Source: Bryobacteraceae bacterium (GTDB lineage Bacteria; Acidobacteriota; Terriglobia; Bryobacterales; Bryobacteraceae). From it: DNA of 64,000 bases. Both the position numbers and the translations under genes were made by a program. The DNA lies in the NCBI GenBank assembly GCA_035496735.1, contig DATJEI010000135.1, positions 4,735 through 68,734 on the forward strand, written 5' to 3'. Positions 1 to 9,435 of this stretch are shown piece by piece. Position 1 is the stretch's first letter. Every line of letters begins with the position of its first letter. The notes beneath the pieces are model-generated. The model worked only from the letters and a program-made list of their open reading frames with translations, searched no databases and had not been told where the DNA came from.

Positions 1-312
1 CTGGTGGACGGAAGCTCGGCTTCCACTTCGGAGATTTTCGCCGGCGGCCTGAAAGACCTCGGCCGGGCCCGCATCTTCGGCACGCGAACCGCAGCGGCCG
101 CGCTTCCTTCCGTGATCACCCGGCTGCCCAACGGCGACGGTTTCCAATATGCCGTCGCGAATTACATCTCCCAGGGAGGAAAGCCGCTGGAGGGCAACGG
201 CGTCGTTCCCGACGTGGAAGTAAAGCTGACCCGGGAAGCCCTGCTCGCCGGGCACGATACGGTGGTCGACGCTGCGTTAGATTGGATACGGAAGCAGAAG
301 GTATCGCAATGA
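1..312 (+). CDS. S41 family (C-terminal processing/tail-specific) peptidase, C-terminal fragment; 5' end lies outside the window
   Basis: The frame is open to the window edge. The SASTSEIFAGG and GNGVVPDVEV segments resemble the S41 catalytic/C-terminal region. The stop TGA at 310-312 overlaps the next ATG (ATGA). Confidence 0.6.
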   Translation: MVDGSSASTSEIFAGGLKDLGRARIFGTRTAAAALPSVITRLPNGDGFQYAVANYISQGGKPLEGNGVVPDVEVKLTREALLAGHDTVVDAALDWIRKQKVSQ

Positions 313-1064
313 CTCTACTTACCCGCCTCACTGTTCTGGGCGCGCTTGCGGCAGCTTTCGCGTGGGCGCAGCCTCTGCCGAAAGCTGAGACCATCCTCGA
401 CCGCTACATCGAAGTCACGGGCGGCAAGGCGGCCTACCAGAAGCACACTCATGAAACGATGACAGGGACAATCTCCTTTCCAGCGCAGGGATTGGGGGGC
501 AAGCTCACACGCTATGCCACGGCCCCCGACAAAGAATATTCGGCCCTGGAACTGGGGCCGATCGGCAAGATTGAGACCGGATTCACGAATGGGGTCGCCT
601 GGGAGAAAAGCTCGATCCTGGGCCCGCGCGTCAAGACCGGTGACGAACGAGACCAAGCCGCGCGGGAAGCGCTCTTCGACTCGCAGGTGGAATGGCGCAA
701 GATTTTTCCCAAGGCCGAGACCATTGGCTCCGAATCCGTGAACGGCGAAGATTGTTACAAAGTCTTGCTGACGCCTGCCACGGGCAAGCCGGAGACGCGC
801 TTCTACTCGAAGAAATCCGGACTGCTGCTGAAGACGACCACGACGGCAGTTAGCCCCATGGGAGAGATCGCGGTTGAAGTGGAGGTGTCGGATTACAAGA
901 ATTTCGATGGCATCCTGTTTCCAACGCAGTCCAAATCAAAGATGGGCGCGCAGCAAATGAATATTCTGATCACGGGCATGAGTTTCGACCAGCCCGCTGC
1001 GGCGGGCACCTTCGATCTTCCGCCCGAAATTAAGACGCTGATCGATAAGGCGGGCGGCAAATAG
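309..1064 (+). CDS. secreted hypothetical protein; a LolA-like lipoprotein-sorting fold is suspected but not shown
   Basis: ATG 309 overlaps the upstream stop, suggesting translational coupling. The N-terminus MTLLTRLTVLGALAAAFAWAQ looks like a signal peptide. The rest is beta-rich with no catalytic motif I recognise. Confidence 0.6.
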   Translation: MTLLTRLTVLGALAAAFAWAQPLPKAETILDRYIEVTGGKAAYQKHTHETMTGTISFPAQGLGGKLTRYATAPDKEYSALELGPIGKIETGFTNGVAWEKSSILGPRVKTGDERDQAAREALFDSQVEWRKIFPKAETIGSESVNGEDCYKVLLTPATGKPETRFYSKKSGLLLKTTTTAVSPMGEIAVEVEVSDYKNFDGILFPTQSKSKMGAQQMNILITGMSFDQPAAAGTFDLPPEIKTLIDKAGGK

Positions 1065-1095
1065 TTCACGCCCGAGCGCGAAAGCCCCCGCTTGC

Positions 1096-1296
1096 TCAAA
1101 AATCTCCCGGTGCGTCCGAGGCCCGGTAGAACCGTGCGCGGCAACTGCGGCAGCGGAATGGCCAGCGTCCAAAAATGCGAAAAAAGGCCGCTAGCCCGCC
1201 ATGGCTTGAGGAGCGGCGTACATCACTCGACCCGCACTTGGGGCAGGTGAGTTGGGTTGGCGGACGATCGTCGGTTACTTCCACGGGCCGTACCAA
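1096..1296 (-). CDS. small zinc-ribbon protein
   Basis: 66 aa with paired Cys motifs CPKCG ... CRSC. It lies divergent from the ftsB-like gene. It is short, so it is not certain that it codes. Confidence 0.45.
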   Translation of the reverse strand: MVRPVEVTDDRPPTQLTCPKCGSSDVRRSSSHGGLAAFFRIFGRWPFRCRSCRARFYRASDAPGDF

Positions 1297-1376
1297 CTAA
1301 AAGCGTAACATTCCACAAAAGAACTGCCGCAGCACTAGTATTTTTTCGCGATCCGGGCTATAAACGTAATTTAGAA

Positions 1377-1739
1377 GTGTTCTCGCGCGCGCCTTCTCCT
1401 CAGTTTCGAATCTCTGCGCTTACACGGCGGACCGGCTACATCCTGGTTGTAGGCGGTGTGGTGATCTATGGATTAGTGGCCTTGCGTGGGCCGCAAGGCA
1501 TTTCCGCGTTGCTCGATAAACGACGCGAAGTCCGCATGCTCGAGGAACAGAACGCGGCGCAGGCCGCCGAGAACGAGCGCCGCCGGGAACGCATCCACCG
1601 CCTGGAACAGAACTCGACCGAGCAGGAAATGGAAATTCGCAAGCAGCTCAAGCTGCTGCGCCCCGGCGAAACGACGTTTATTCTGGAAGATCCGCCGAAG
1701 GCGGGCCCAACGCACGGCGCGCCGCAAAACCAACCTTGA
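1377..1739 (+). CDS. ftsB: septum formation initiator FtsB/DivIC-like protein
   Basis: One TM segment (GYILVVGGVVIYGLVAL) is followed by a coiled coil and LRPGETTFIL, which is typical of FtsB/DivIC. The start is uncertain: an in-frame GTG at 1377 was chosen, while the tracked ORF begins at 1257. Confidence 0.6.
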   Translation: MFSRAPSPQFRISALTRRTGYILVVGGVVIYGLVALRGPQGISALLDKRREVRMLEEQNAAQAAENERRRERIHRLEQNSTEQEMEIRKQLKLLRPGETTFILEDPPKAGPTHGAPQNQP

Positions 1740-1774
1740 AGGCTAGTGGCCTTGGCGCCGATCCGGTTCTGGAC

Positions 1775-3805
1775 TCACCAAACTCTGCACGCCGGTCCCC
1801 GGACCATGGGCTGACCCGTCCGGCACGCAAATGCCTTTGCGAACTCCGGCATATTGGAGACCACTCCGTTCACGCGGAAGTTCCCCGGCGAGTGCGGATC
1901 CGTCTGCGCACGCAGACGAGCCGCCTCCGGCCGCACATTCTGGCACCACACTTGTCCCCAACCCAGAAAGAAGCGTTGCTCGGCGGTGAAGCCATCGCGG
2001 GGAGGTGGTTCCTTGCCTCCCAGCTTGCTCATCAGAGCCATGTAGGCGAGGCGCAGCCCGCCGTTATCCGCCGTGTTCTCGCCCAGCGTCAGCTTCCCAT
2101 TCAATTTCAGGTCATCCACCGGGCTATAGTTGCCATACTGCTGGACGATACAGTCGGCTCGCTGATTGAAAGCCTTGGCATCGGCCTCGGTCCACCAGTC
2201 GCGCAGGTTGCCCTTGGCGTCGAACTGGCGGCCTTCATCGTCAAAACCGTGGGTCAGTTCATGTCCGATCACCGAGCCGATGGCGCCATAATTCACGCCG
2301 TCGTCCATCTGGTTATCGTAGAATGGCGGCTGCAGGATGCCCGCCGGAAAATTGATGTTGTTCTGCTGGGGATCGTAATAGGCGTTGACGGTGGGCTGGC
2401 TCATTCCCCACTCTTTCTTATCCACCGGCTTGCCGATGCGGGATAGCTCGCGATCCACTTCATAGCGGCTGGCGCGCTCTGTGTTGCCAAAGAAGTCATC
2501 CCGTGAGATGCGCACCGTTGAATAAGTCCGCCATTTGTCGTTCGTGCCGATTTTATTGAGAACGCCGTGCAGCTTCTCCATTGCCAGTTGCTTGGTTTGG
2601 GGAGTCATCCAGTCCAGCGATTGCAGGTCCGCGGCCATGGCTTTCTCAATCTCCCCCACCATCTCGTGCGTGCGCCGCATGCCTTCGGCTCCCAAGGTGG
2701 TTTCGACAAATTTGCGGCCTAGTGCATCCGGCAACTGCTGATCGGTCAAATCCACGCAGCGCTTCCAGCGCGGGCGCATCTCCTTGGCTCCGCGCAACAC
2801 CTTGCCGTAAAAGTTGAAAGATTCCTCCTCGAAGGGGAGGGATAGCGCATTAGACGAATCCCGCACCAGGTTCCAGGTAAGATACGCCTTGAGATCGTCG
2901 AGCGATGCGGCAGCAATGGCCGCATTCATACCTTTAATAAAGTCCGGCACATCCACATTCAGCGCTTGAAAACCCGGTGCTCCGGCAGCCTTGAAATAGC
3001 GGTCCCACGCAAAGCCCGAGCCCAATGCATCCAGTTCCCGCAGCGTCATCTTGTGATACACCTTCTCCGGATCGCGGCGCGCCACGCGATCGAGGGATGC
3101 CTTGGCCAATTCGGTTTCCAGCGCCATCACCGCCTGCGCCTGTTTGGCCGCGGCCTCCGGGCTGGCGCCCGCGAGTTGCAGCATCTTTTGCACATGGGCC
3201 ACGTATAGCCTGCGGATCTCGGCGGACTTCTCATCGGTCTTCAAGTAATAATCGCGATCCGGCAACCCCAAACCTCCTTGATCCAGATCCGCAATCATCA
3301 TGGCCGAGTTCTTGGCATCCGGCCCCGAGCCAAAGCGGAAGAACGGAGATGTTCCGTTACGATACAGCGCCACCACGGTATCGGTGAGACTCGTTTTATC
3401 TTCCATTGCCTTGATGCGGTCGAGTTCCGGTTTCAGCGGCGTCCCGTCCTTGGCATCGATCTCTTTCTCGTTCATGCAGGCGGCGTAATAATCGCCAATC
3501 TTCTGTTCGATCGCCGCGCGGCCCGGCTTCACCACCGCCGCCTCTTCCAGAATCTTGTGCAGGACTTCACGATTCCGGTCCTGCAGCGCATCGAAGCGCC
3601 CCCAGCGCGACTGATCCGGCGGAACGGGGTTGGCCTTCATCCAGGCGCCGCAAGCGAACTGATAGAAATCCACGCACGGATCGGCGCCGCGGTCAATTGC
3701 AGCGGGATCGAATCCAGGGGCAGTCTGGCCCCACGCCGCCCCCGGTAAGAGGCACAACGTGAGGAGCCCGAGCGAAAGAAGGTGAAACGAGAGTAGTGTC
3801 CTCAT
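1775..3805 (-). CDS. M13 family zinc metallopeptidase (PepO/neprilysin-like), secreted
   Basis: Signal peptide present, HELTH (HExxH) within VIGHELTHGFDDEG, the ENTADNGG motif, and a length of 676 aa. Confidence 0.95.
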   Translation of the reverse strand: MRTLLSFHLLSLGLLTLCLLPGAAWGQTAPGFDPAAIDRGADPCVDFYQFACGAWMKANPVPPDQSRWGRFDALQDRNREVLHKILEEAAVVKPGRAAIEQKIGDYYAACMNEKEIDAKDGTPLKPELDRIKAMEDKTSLTDTVVALYRNGTSPFFRFGSGPDAKNSAMMIADLDQGGLGLPDRDYYLKTDEKSAEIRRLYVAHVQKMLQLAGASPEAAAKQAQAVMALETELAKASLDRVARRDPEKVYHKMTLRELDALGSGFAWDRYFKAAGAPGFQALNVDVPDFIKGMNAAIAAASLDDLKAYLTWNLVRDSSNALSLPFEEESFNFYGKVLRGAKEMRPRWKRCVDLTDQQLPDALGRKFVETTLGAEGMRRTHEMVGEIEKAMAADLQSLDWMTPQTKQLAMEKLHGVLNKIGTNDKWRTYSTVRISRDDFFGNTERASRYEVDRELSRIGKPVDKKEWGMSQPTVNAYYDPQQNNINFPAGILQPPFYDNQMDDGVNYGAIGSVIGHELTHGFDDEGRQFDAKGNLRDWWTEADAKAFNQRADCIVQQYGNYSPVDDLKLNGKLTLGENTADNGGLRLAYMALMSKLGGKEPPPRDGFTAEQRFFLGWGQVWCQNVRPEAARLRAQTDPHSPGNFRVNGVVSNMPEFAKAFACRTGQPMVRGPACRVW

Positions 3806-4022
3806 AAGCTCTATTGTAAATAGACGGCGGCGTAACCCGTTTGTCCCGTTCCAGGGAGCCTTCGGCCCGTTCCGCAGCCCGTTTGTTCAATTCCGCCCTG
3901 TTTGTCTCATTCCCGGCTGGCGAGTTCATCCTTTAGTACTCAGGTACGTCAGGCGATCCCCCCTTCCAACTAAGCGCTCTTCCTAATTGGGCTGAGCCGG
4001 ACGCGGCCCCTACAATCGAAGT

Positions 4023-4250
4023 GTGGCCCATATGCTCATGACCCGTCCAAGTAAGTCTCAATACACCGAAGTAGAAGCAGCCGAGGAACTTGGCGTGTCA
4101 GTCGATCGTCTGCGGACCATCATTCGCAGCCACGTGGTGGATCGCGAAGAGGACGCGGTAAACATCCCTGTCACCACCTTCCAGCCCTCAGATCTGCTTA
4201 TTTTGCGCCTGCTGGCCGGAATGCCCACGAATCCCACACAGCTGGATTGA
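4023..4250 (+). CDS. small hypothetical protein, possibly a helix-turn-helix protein
   Basis: 75 aa. The segment EVEAAEELGVSVDRLRTII resembles an excisionase/MerR-like HTH. Its 3' end overlaps the convergent dehydrogenase gene by about 50 nt, so it may be spurious. Confidence 0.35.
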   Translation: MAHMLMTRPSKSQYTEVEAAEELGVSVDRLRTIIRSHVVDREEDAVNIPVTTFQPSDLLILRLLAGMPTNPTQLD

Positions 4251-5202
4251 GCAGGTTCGGCGGCTTCTGTCCGGTTAGCGCGGCTAGAGCGTTCTCCGCC
4301 GCAATCATCGTCATCTTGCTGCGTGTAGCCACGCTGGCCGAGGCACAATGCGGCGCCATCACTACGTTCTTGCACGCGAGCAGCGCGGGGTCCACTTGGG
4401 GCTCGCGTTCAAATACGTCCAGGCCCGCGCCGGCGATCCAGTGCTCGCTGAGCGCCTTGGCAAGCGCGGCTTCATTGACCACCGGACCCCGTGCCGTATT
4501 CACCAGAATGGCGGTAGGCTTCATTTCCCGCAACTCGGCCTCGCCGATCAGGTGCCGTGTGCTTTCATTTAGAGGCACGTGGATACTGACGAAATCCGAT
4601 TCTCGCATCAACTGATCCTTTTCCACCCAGGTGGCCTTCAACGCGCTCTCGATCTCCGGCGCGAGCCGCGTGCGGTTGTGATACAGCACGCGCATCGAGA
4701 AGCCGCTGGCGCGCTTCGCCAGAGCTTGTCCAATGCGCCCCATGCCCAAAATTCCCAGCGTGCGGTGATGGACGTCGAGTCCGATATTCAGCTCCAGATT
4801 CCAGCGTTTCCACTGGCCTGAGCGAACGAAAGTATCGCCCTCGGGCACGCGCCGGGCCGTCGCCAGCATCAGCGCAAACGCGTGGTCGGCGGTGGTATCG
4901 TCCAGCACGCCGGGAGTGTTGCTGACCAAAATGCCGTTCGCGGTCGCTGCCGCGACATCGATATTGTCGAAGCCCACGCCCACATGCGCGATCATCCCCA
5001 GGCTCTTCATCCCGGCAATCACGGAACCGGAAAGCGCATCGGTAAACTGGCTCACGATGGCCTGTTTTCCGCGCGCCCGGGCGATCAGTTCCTCGGATGT
5101 GAGGCCCTCCTGAGTGTCGGCGTAGTCCACCTCAGCGTGCTGCTTGAGGAAGGCGACAGTTTCAGGAAAGACATGTTTCGTAACCAAAATTGTTGGGCGC
5201 AT
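4198..5202 (-). CDS. D-isomer-specific 2-hydroxyacid dehydrogenase (glyoxylate/hydroxypyruvate reductase-like)
   Basis: NAD-binding motif GILGMGRIGQALAKRA and family-typical length. The start was set at the MRPTILVTK ATG (5202). Confidence 0.9.
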   Translation of the reverse strand: MRPTILVTKHVFPETVAFLKQHAEVDYADTQEGLTSEELIARARGKQAIVSQFTDALSGSVIAGMKSLGMIAHVGVGFDNIDVAAATANGILVSNTPGVLDDTTADHAFALMLATARRVPEGDTFVRSGQWKRWNLELNIGLDVHHRTLGILGMGRIGQALAKRASGFSMRVLYHNRTRLAPEIESALKATWVEKDQLMRESDFVSIHVPLNESTRHLIGEAELREMKPTAILVNTARGPVVNEAALAKALSEHWIAGAGLDVFEREPQVDPALLACKNVVMAPHCASASVATRSKMTMIAAENALAALTGQKPPNLLNPAVWDSWAFRPAGAK

Positions 5203-5217
5203 TGGTAAGATTCTCTC

Positions 5218-6108
5218 ATGGCACAACTTGGTTTTCTAGGTTTAGGGATTATGGGCTATCCAATGGCCCGGCATTTGTTGGAGGCGGGACACGAAGTCGC
5301 GCTGTGGACTCATTCGTCGGCAAAGGCCCGCGAGCTGGCGGCGAAAGGCAAGGGCACCGCTTGCGCCACGCCCAAAGAAGTGGCCCAGCGCTCCGACTTC
5401 ATTTTCTATTGCGTCGGCGACAACGCCATGGCTCGCGCCATCACCCTCGGCAAGGACGGACTGATTGAAGGCCTGCGGCTCAGTAGCGTGACTGCGGATT
5501 GCAGCACCATTTCGCCAACCGAGAGCATCGAGATCGGCGCGATGTTCGCCGCGAAGGGTGCACACTTTCTGGATGCCCCCATCACCGGATCGAAAGCCGG
5601 AGCGGAAGGCGGTACATTGACTTTCATGGTAGGCGGCGACCAAGGTGCTTTCGATCGCTCCAAACCGTACTTCGAGGCCATGGGCAAACGAATGTTCTAC
5701 TGCGGGGCCGCCGGGCAGGGCCTGCAGACAAAACTCGCCCTGAATCTGGTGATGGCGAACGTTTTGCAAGCCTTCAGCGAGGGATTGGTACTGGCGGTCA
5801 AGAACGGCATCAAGGCGGAAATGATGTTCGAGATTCTGGACAACACCGCAGGCAAGAGCGCCCTGATGAGCGCCAAGGCTCCTTCCATCCTGAAGCGTGA
5901 CTTCAGCACGAAATTCTCGATCAAATGGATGCATAAAGACGTAGGGTTGGCCCTGGAGTCCGCCAAAGCGCTGGACCTGCCACTCCCTCTGACGGCCATT
6001 ACGGAACAGATGCTGCGGGCGACGATCGCCAAGGGCTACGGCGAGGACGACTTCTGCTCAGTTATACGTGTTTTGGAAGATTTGGCCGGTGTCGAGGTGA
6101 AGAGCTAG
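5218..6108 (+). CDS. NAD(P)-dependent 3-hydroxyisobutyrate / tartronate-semialdehyde reductase family oxidoreductase
   Basis: N-terminal Rossmann motif LGFLGLGIMGYPMARHLLEAGHEV and a length of 296 aa, typical of the family. Confidence 0.9.
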   Translation: MAQLGFLGLGIMGYPMARHLLEAGHEVALWTHSSAKARELAAKGKGTACATPKEVAQRSDFIFYCVGDNAMARAITLGKDGLIEGLRLSSVTADCSTISPTESIEIGAMFAAKGAHFLDAPITGSKAGAEGGTLTFMVGGDQGAFDRSKPYFEAMGKRMFYCGAAGQGLQTKLALNLVMANVLQAFSEGLVLAVKNGIKAEMMFEILDNTAGKSALMSAKAPSILKRDFSTKFSIKWMHKDVGLALESAKALDLPLPLTAITEQMLRATIAKGYGEDDFCSVIRVLEDLAGVEVKS

Positions 6109-6512
6109 CCGACGCACCTCAGGGCGGGGTACCTATTACTGGCTGAACGCTTCTTTGCCGAATGACATAGGGATATCTAATATCGTGTAATATCAGAGTC
6201 ATAGGAGACTTCTATGGCTCCAGCCCAATCTAAATTGCTTTGAGATACAAAAAACTGTTGCTTTTGTCGTTGGAGTATATTATTATTGGAATCAAGCCGG
6301 GGAGGGAACTCCCACCAAAGCGAGACTAACCTCACTAAGACCCCTGAAGCACCTTCCCGGCGCCCCTTTCCAAAAGTAATTTTCAAACCCAGCCCCAAGG
6401 AACAAGTCGGGGCCAGCCGCAGCGGCTTAGAACGGCGATCCCGGCAGCAAAATATGGCAGCGGCGAAGTTTTTCTTAGCCTCGCGTTTCCAAAATGATAT
6501 GATCGGAGGCAG

Positions 6513-7733
6513 GTGACTCACCTCACTCTACTTGGCTCCACGGGGTCCATCGGCACCAGTACCCTGGATGTCGTTCGCCGCTGGCCGGAGCGCTTTGGAA
6601 TCTTTGCTTTAGTAGCAGGCCGGAACGTCAGCTTGCTGGCTAGGCAGATCGCAGAGTTCAGCCCCAAGGTGGCAGTGGTCGCCGACCAGCAAGCCCTAGC
6701 CGAGCTTCGCTCCATCCTCAAATCCAACGGTACGCCGCTCCCGGAACTGGCCGCCGGTCCCCAAGCCCGCATTGCGGCTGCCGCGGCCCCCGAAGCCGGA
6801 TTCGTAATGTCAGCCATCGTCGGCGTGGAAGGACTGGAGGCCACCTACCAGGCGGTGCGGCTTGCAAAGCGTGTAGGTCTGGCAAATAAAGAGGTTTTGG
6901 TCACCAGCGGCAAGCTCGTCACCGATGCAATGCGGATCTCTGGCGCCGAACTCATCCCCGTCGACAGCGAGCACAACGGCGCCCATCAGTGTTTTCGTGC
7001 CGGATTGCGGGGTGAGGTTTCGAAGCTGATTCTGACGGCCTCAGGCGGCCCCTTCCGCGAAACTCCGGCGGCGGATCTCAAATTTGTAACACCGGAGCAG
7101 GCCTTGAATCATCCAACTTGGAGGATGGGCCAGAGAATCACCATCGATTCGGCTACCCTCATGAACAAAGGTTTCGAGGTGATTGAGGCCTGTTGGTTAT
7201 TCGATCTTGCGCCGAAGGAAATAGAAGTGGTGGTGCATCCTCAATCCAAGGTTCACGCAATGGTGGAGTTTGCTGACGGTAGCGTGATGGCGCAGGTCTC
7301 AGCCACGGATATGCGCATGCCGATCCAGTATGCCCTTACCTATCCGGAGCGGGCCGATGCGCCGGTGGCGCGCCTCGACTGGACCCAATCCGCCCACTGG
7401 ACTTTCGATCCGCCGGATTTCGAAAAGTTTCCGTTGCTAAAGCTGGCCTATCAGGCCCAGGAAACCGGCGGCTCCGCCACGTGTACGCTGAACGCAGCCG
7501 ATGAGGTAGCGGTGGAGGCGTTTCTGGCTGGGCAGATTTCTTACCCCAGGATCGCTGCCACCATAGCCGAGACCTTAGCGAAGGTGCCGGTGCGCGAACC
7601 CAGTTCGGTGGGAGAGGTGCTTGAGATTGACCGCGAATCGCGGGCCGTCGCCCGTGGCATTATGGAGAAGGGTGAGATAACGCGCATGCATTCGTCTGAA
7701 AACGACCCAAGCGAAGCGACCCTGCACGCGTAA
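6513..7733 (+). CDS. dxr: 1-deoxy-D-xylulose 5-phosphate reductoisomerase
   Basis: LGSTGSIGTSTLDVV N-terminus, the NKGFEVIEA segment, and rseP immediately downstream (classic synteny). Confidence 0.95.
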   Translation: MTHLTLLGSTGSIGTSTLDVVRRWPERFGIFALVAGRNVSLLARQIAEFSPKVAVVADQQALAELRSILKSNGTPLPELAAGPQARIAAAAAPEAGFVMSAIVGVEGLEATYQAVRLAKRVGLANKEVLVTSGKLVTDAMRISGAELIPVDSEHNGAHQCFRAGLRGEVSKLILTASGGPFRETPAADLKFVTPEQALNHPTWRMGQRITIDSATLMNKGFEVIEACWLFDLAPKEIEVVVHPQSKVHAMVEFADGSVMAQVSATDMRMPIQYALTYPERADAPVARLDWTQSAHWTFDPPDFEKFPLLKLAYQAQETGGSATCTLNAADEVAVEAFLAGQISYPRIAATIAETLAKVPVREPSSVGEVLEIDRESRAVARGIMEKGEITRMHSSENDPSEATLHA

Positions 7734-7741
7734 GGCAATAT

Positions 7742-9064
7742 ATGGCTCTGCTGCAGAACATCTGGTGGTACCTGGTCCTCATCGGCGTGATGATCCTGGT
7801 CCACGAATTCGGCCACTACTTCGCTGCACGTTTTTTCGATGTAAAAGTAGAGACCTTCAGTTTTGGTTTTGGTCCCCGCCTATTTGGATTCCGCCGCGGC
7901 GAGACCGACTTTCGCTTTTCCCTTATCCTGTTTGGCGGCTACGTGAAAATGACCGGCGAGCAGCCGGGTGAAGAAGGCGCCGCCGATCCCCGTGCGCTTA
8001 CCTCCAAGCCGCGGTGGCAGCGCTTGCTGATCGCATTTGCCGGCCCCGCCATTAACATTGTCTTGGCTATCGCGTTGCTCACCGGCTTGTTCATGGTGCA
8101 TTACGAGAAAGTGCCGAACCCGCGGTCGCCCGTGATTGGATATGTGGCATCCGACGGCGCCGCAGCCAAGGCTGGAATAAAAGCGGGAGATAAGATCGTC
8201 CAGATCGACGATACTACGGACCCCACCTGGGAGCAGGTCGCAATCAAGAGCGCCATGAACCCCAAGCAGCCCCTCGACGTATGGGTGATGCGCGGTGGCG
8301 ATCATCTTCACCTGACCCTCACACCGGCTTTGCAAGAAAAAGAGAGCATCGGTAATGCGGGTTGGCAACAGGAATCGGAGATCGAAGTGGCAAGTGTCCT
8401 GAAGGATATGGACGGCGCGCGCGTTGGTCTTCAACGGGGCGACATCCTGGTAAGCGTCAACGGCCAGCCTCTGCGCTCGATCCCCCGCCTGAACGAGATT
8501 GAAAATGAAACCAGCGGCGCTCCGCTGGACCTGGTTTACTCGCGGAAGGGCCAGCAGCACAAAGTTAAGGTAACGCCGGCCAAGCGCGACATCGAAGGGC
8601 AGGGCGGTGCACGCTGGATGATCGGTCTGACACTTCAGCCCCGGGTCGAAATTACCAAGCTGGCGCTGCCGCAGGCGCTCGCCGAGTCCTGGCGCCAGAA
8701 CCTGCTGAACACGCAACTGATCGTAAAATCGCTCGAGGGCATCGTGGAGCGCAAGATGTCCGCGAAGTCGCTGCAAGGTCCCATCGGTATCGCGCAGATG
8801 TCGGGCGATGCGGCGCGGGAAGGCCCCATCCCCTACTTCCTGCTGATGGCCGCGGTCAGCCTCAACCTCGCCATCTTCAACCTGTTGCCCGTGCCCATCC
8901 TCGACGGCGGCGTAATGTTGATGCTGTTCGTCGAGATGCTGATGCGCCGCGATCTGGATATGAAGGTCAAGGAAACCGTGGTCAAGGTAGGCTTCGTGTT
9001 TCTGATGTTCGTGGTGGTCTTCGTGATCTATAACGATATCTCGAAGATCTTTCCGCCTGGATAG
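7742..9064 (+). CDS. rseP: RIP site-2 zinc metalloprotease RseP
   Basis: HEFGH (HExxH) in the first TM segment, central PDZ-like regions, and the C-terminal NLLPVPILDGG motif. Confidence 0.95.
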   Translation: MALLQNIWWYLVLIGVMILVHEFGHYFAARFFDVKVETFSFGFGPRLFGFRRGETDFRFSLILFGGYVKMTGEQPGEEGAADPRALTSKPRWQRLLIAFAGPAINIVLAIALLTGLFMVHYEKVPNPRSPVIGYVASDGAAAKAGIKAGDKIVQIDDTTDPTWEQVAIKSAMNPKQPLDVWVMRGGDHLHLTLTPALQEKESIGNAGWQQESEIEVASVLKDMDGARVGLQRGDILVSVNGQPLRSIPRLNEIENETSGAPLDLVYSRKGQQHKVKVTPAKRDIEGQGGARWMIGLTLQPRVEITKLALPQALAESWRQNLLNTQLIVKSLEGIVERKMSAKSLQGPIGIAQMSGDAAREGPIPYFLLMAAVSLNLAIFNLLPVPILDGGVMLMLFVEMLMRRDLDMKVKETVVKVGFVFLMFVVVFVIYNDISKIFPPG

Positions 9065-9073
9065 ACGCTCGCG

Positions 9074-9421
9074 CTAAGCAGCGGCGTGAACTCGAATCTC
9101 TTGCAGCGCAACCCTGCCCGCGTCGCGGATCGCGCACCATTCTTCGTCCGCGTTCAATCGATCCCACGCCTTGACTCGGGCTTCGACCGAAGCAAACGAG
9201 ATCGAGTAGGCAGTGCCATTTTGCCGCCGTTCCACCGACAGAGGGTGGATTCCATGGCGCTCAAGAACTTCCCGGGGCGGCAGCACGCTGCCGATCGCGT
9301 AAACGCGCCGCTCGATGATCGCGGGCGGCCGGGCCATGGAGGAACCGAGCACTGCGGTTCCGGAAGCCAGACCAGCGACGCCAGTCAGGCCACACGCAAA
9401 CTGGCGACGGCTGATGCGCAT
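9074..9421 (-). CDS. NIPSNAP-like protein with a twin-arginine signal
   Basis: MRISRRQFACGLTGVAGLASG is a Tat-type signal (SRRQF). It is followed by a roughly 90-aa NIPSNAP-like alpha/beta domain. Confidence 0.55.
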   Translation of the reverse strand: MRISRRQFACGLTGVAGLASGTAVLGSSMARPPAIIERRVYAIGSVLPPREVLERHGIHPLSVERRQNGTAYSISFASVEARVKAWDRLNADEEWCAIRDAGRVALQEIRVHAAA

Positions 9422-9435
9422 GCCTCAATTGTAGA

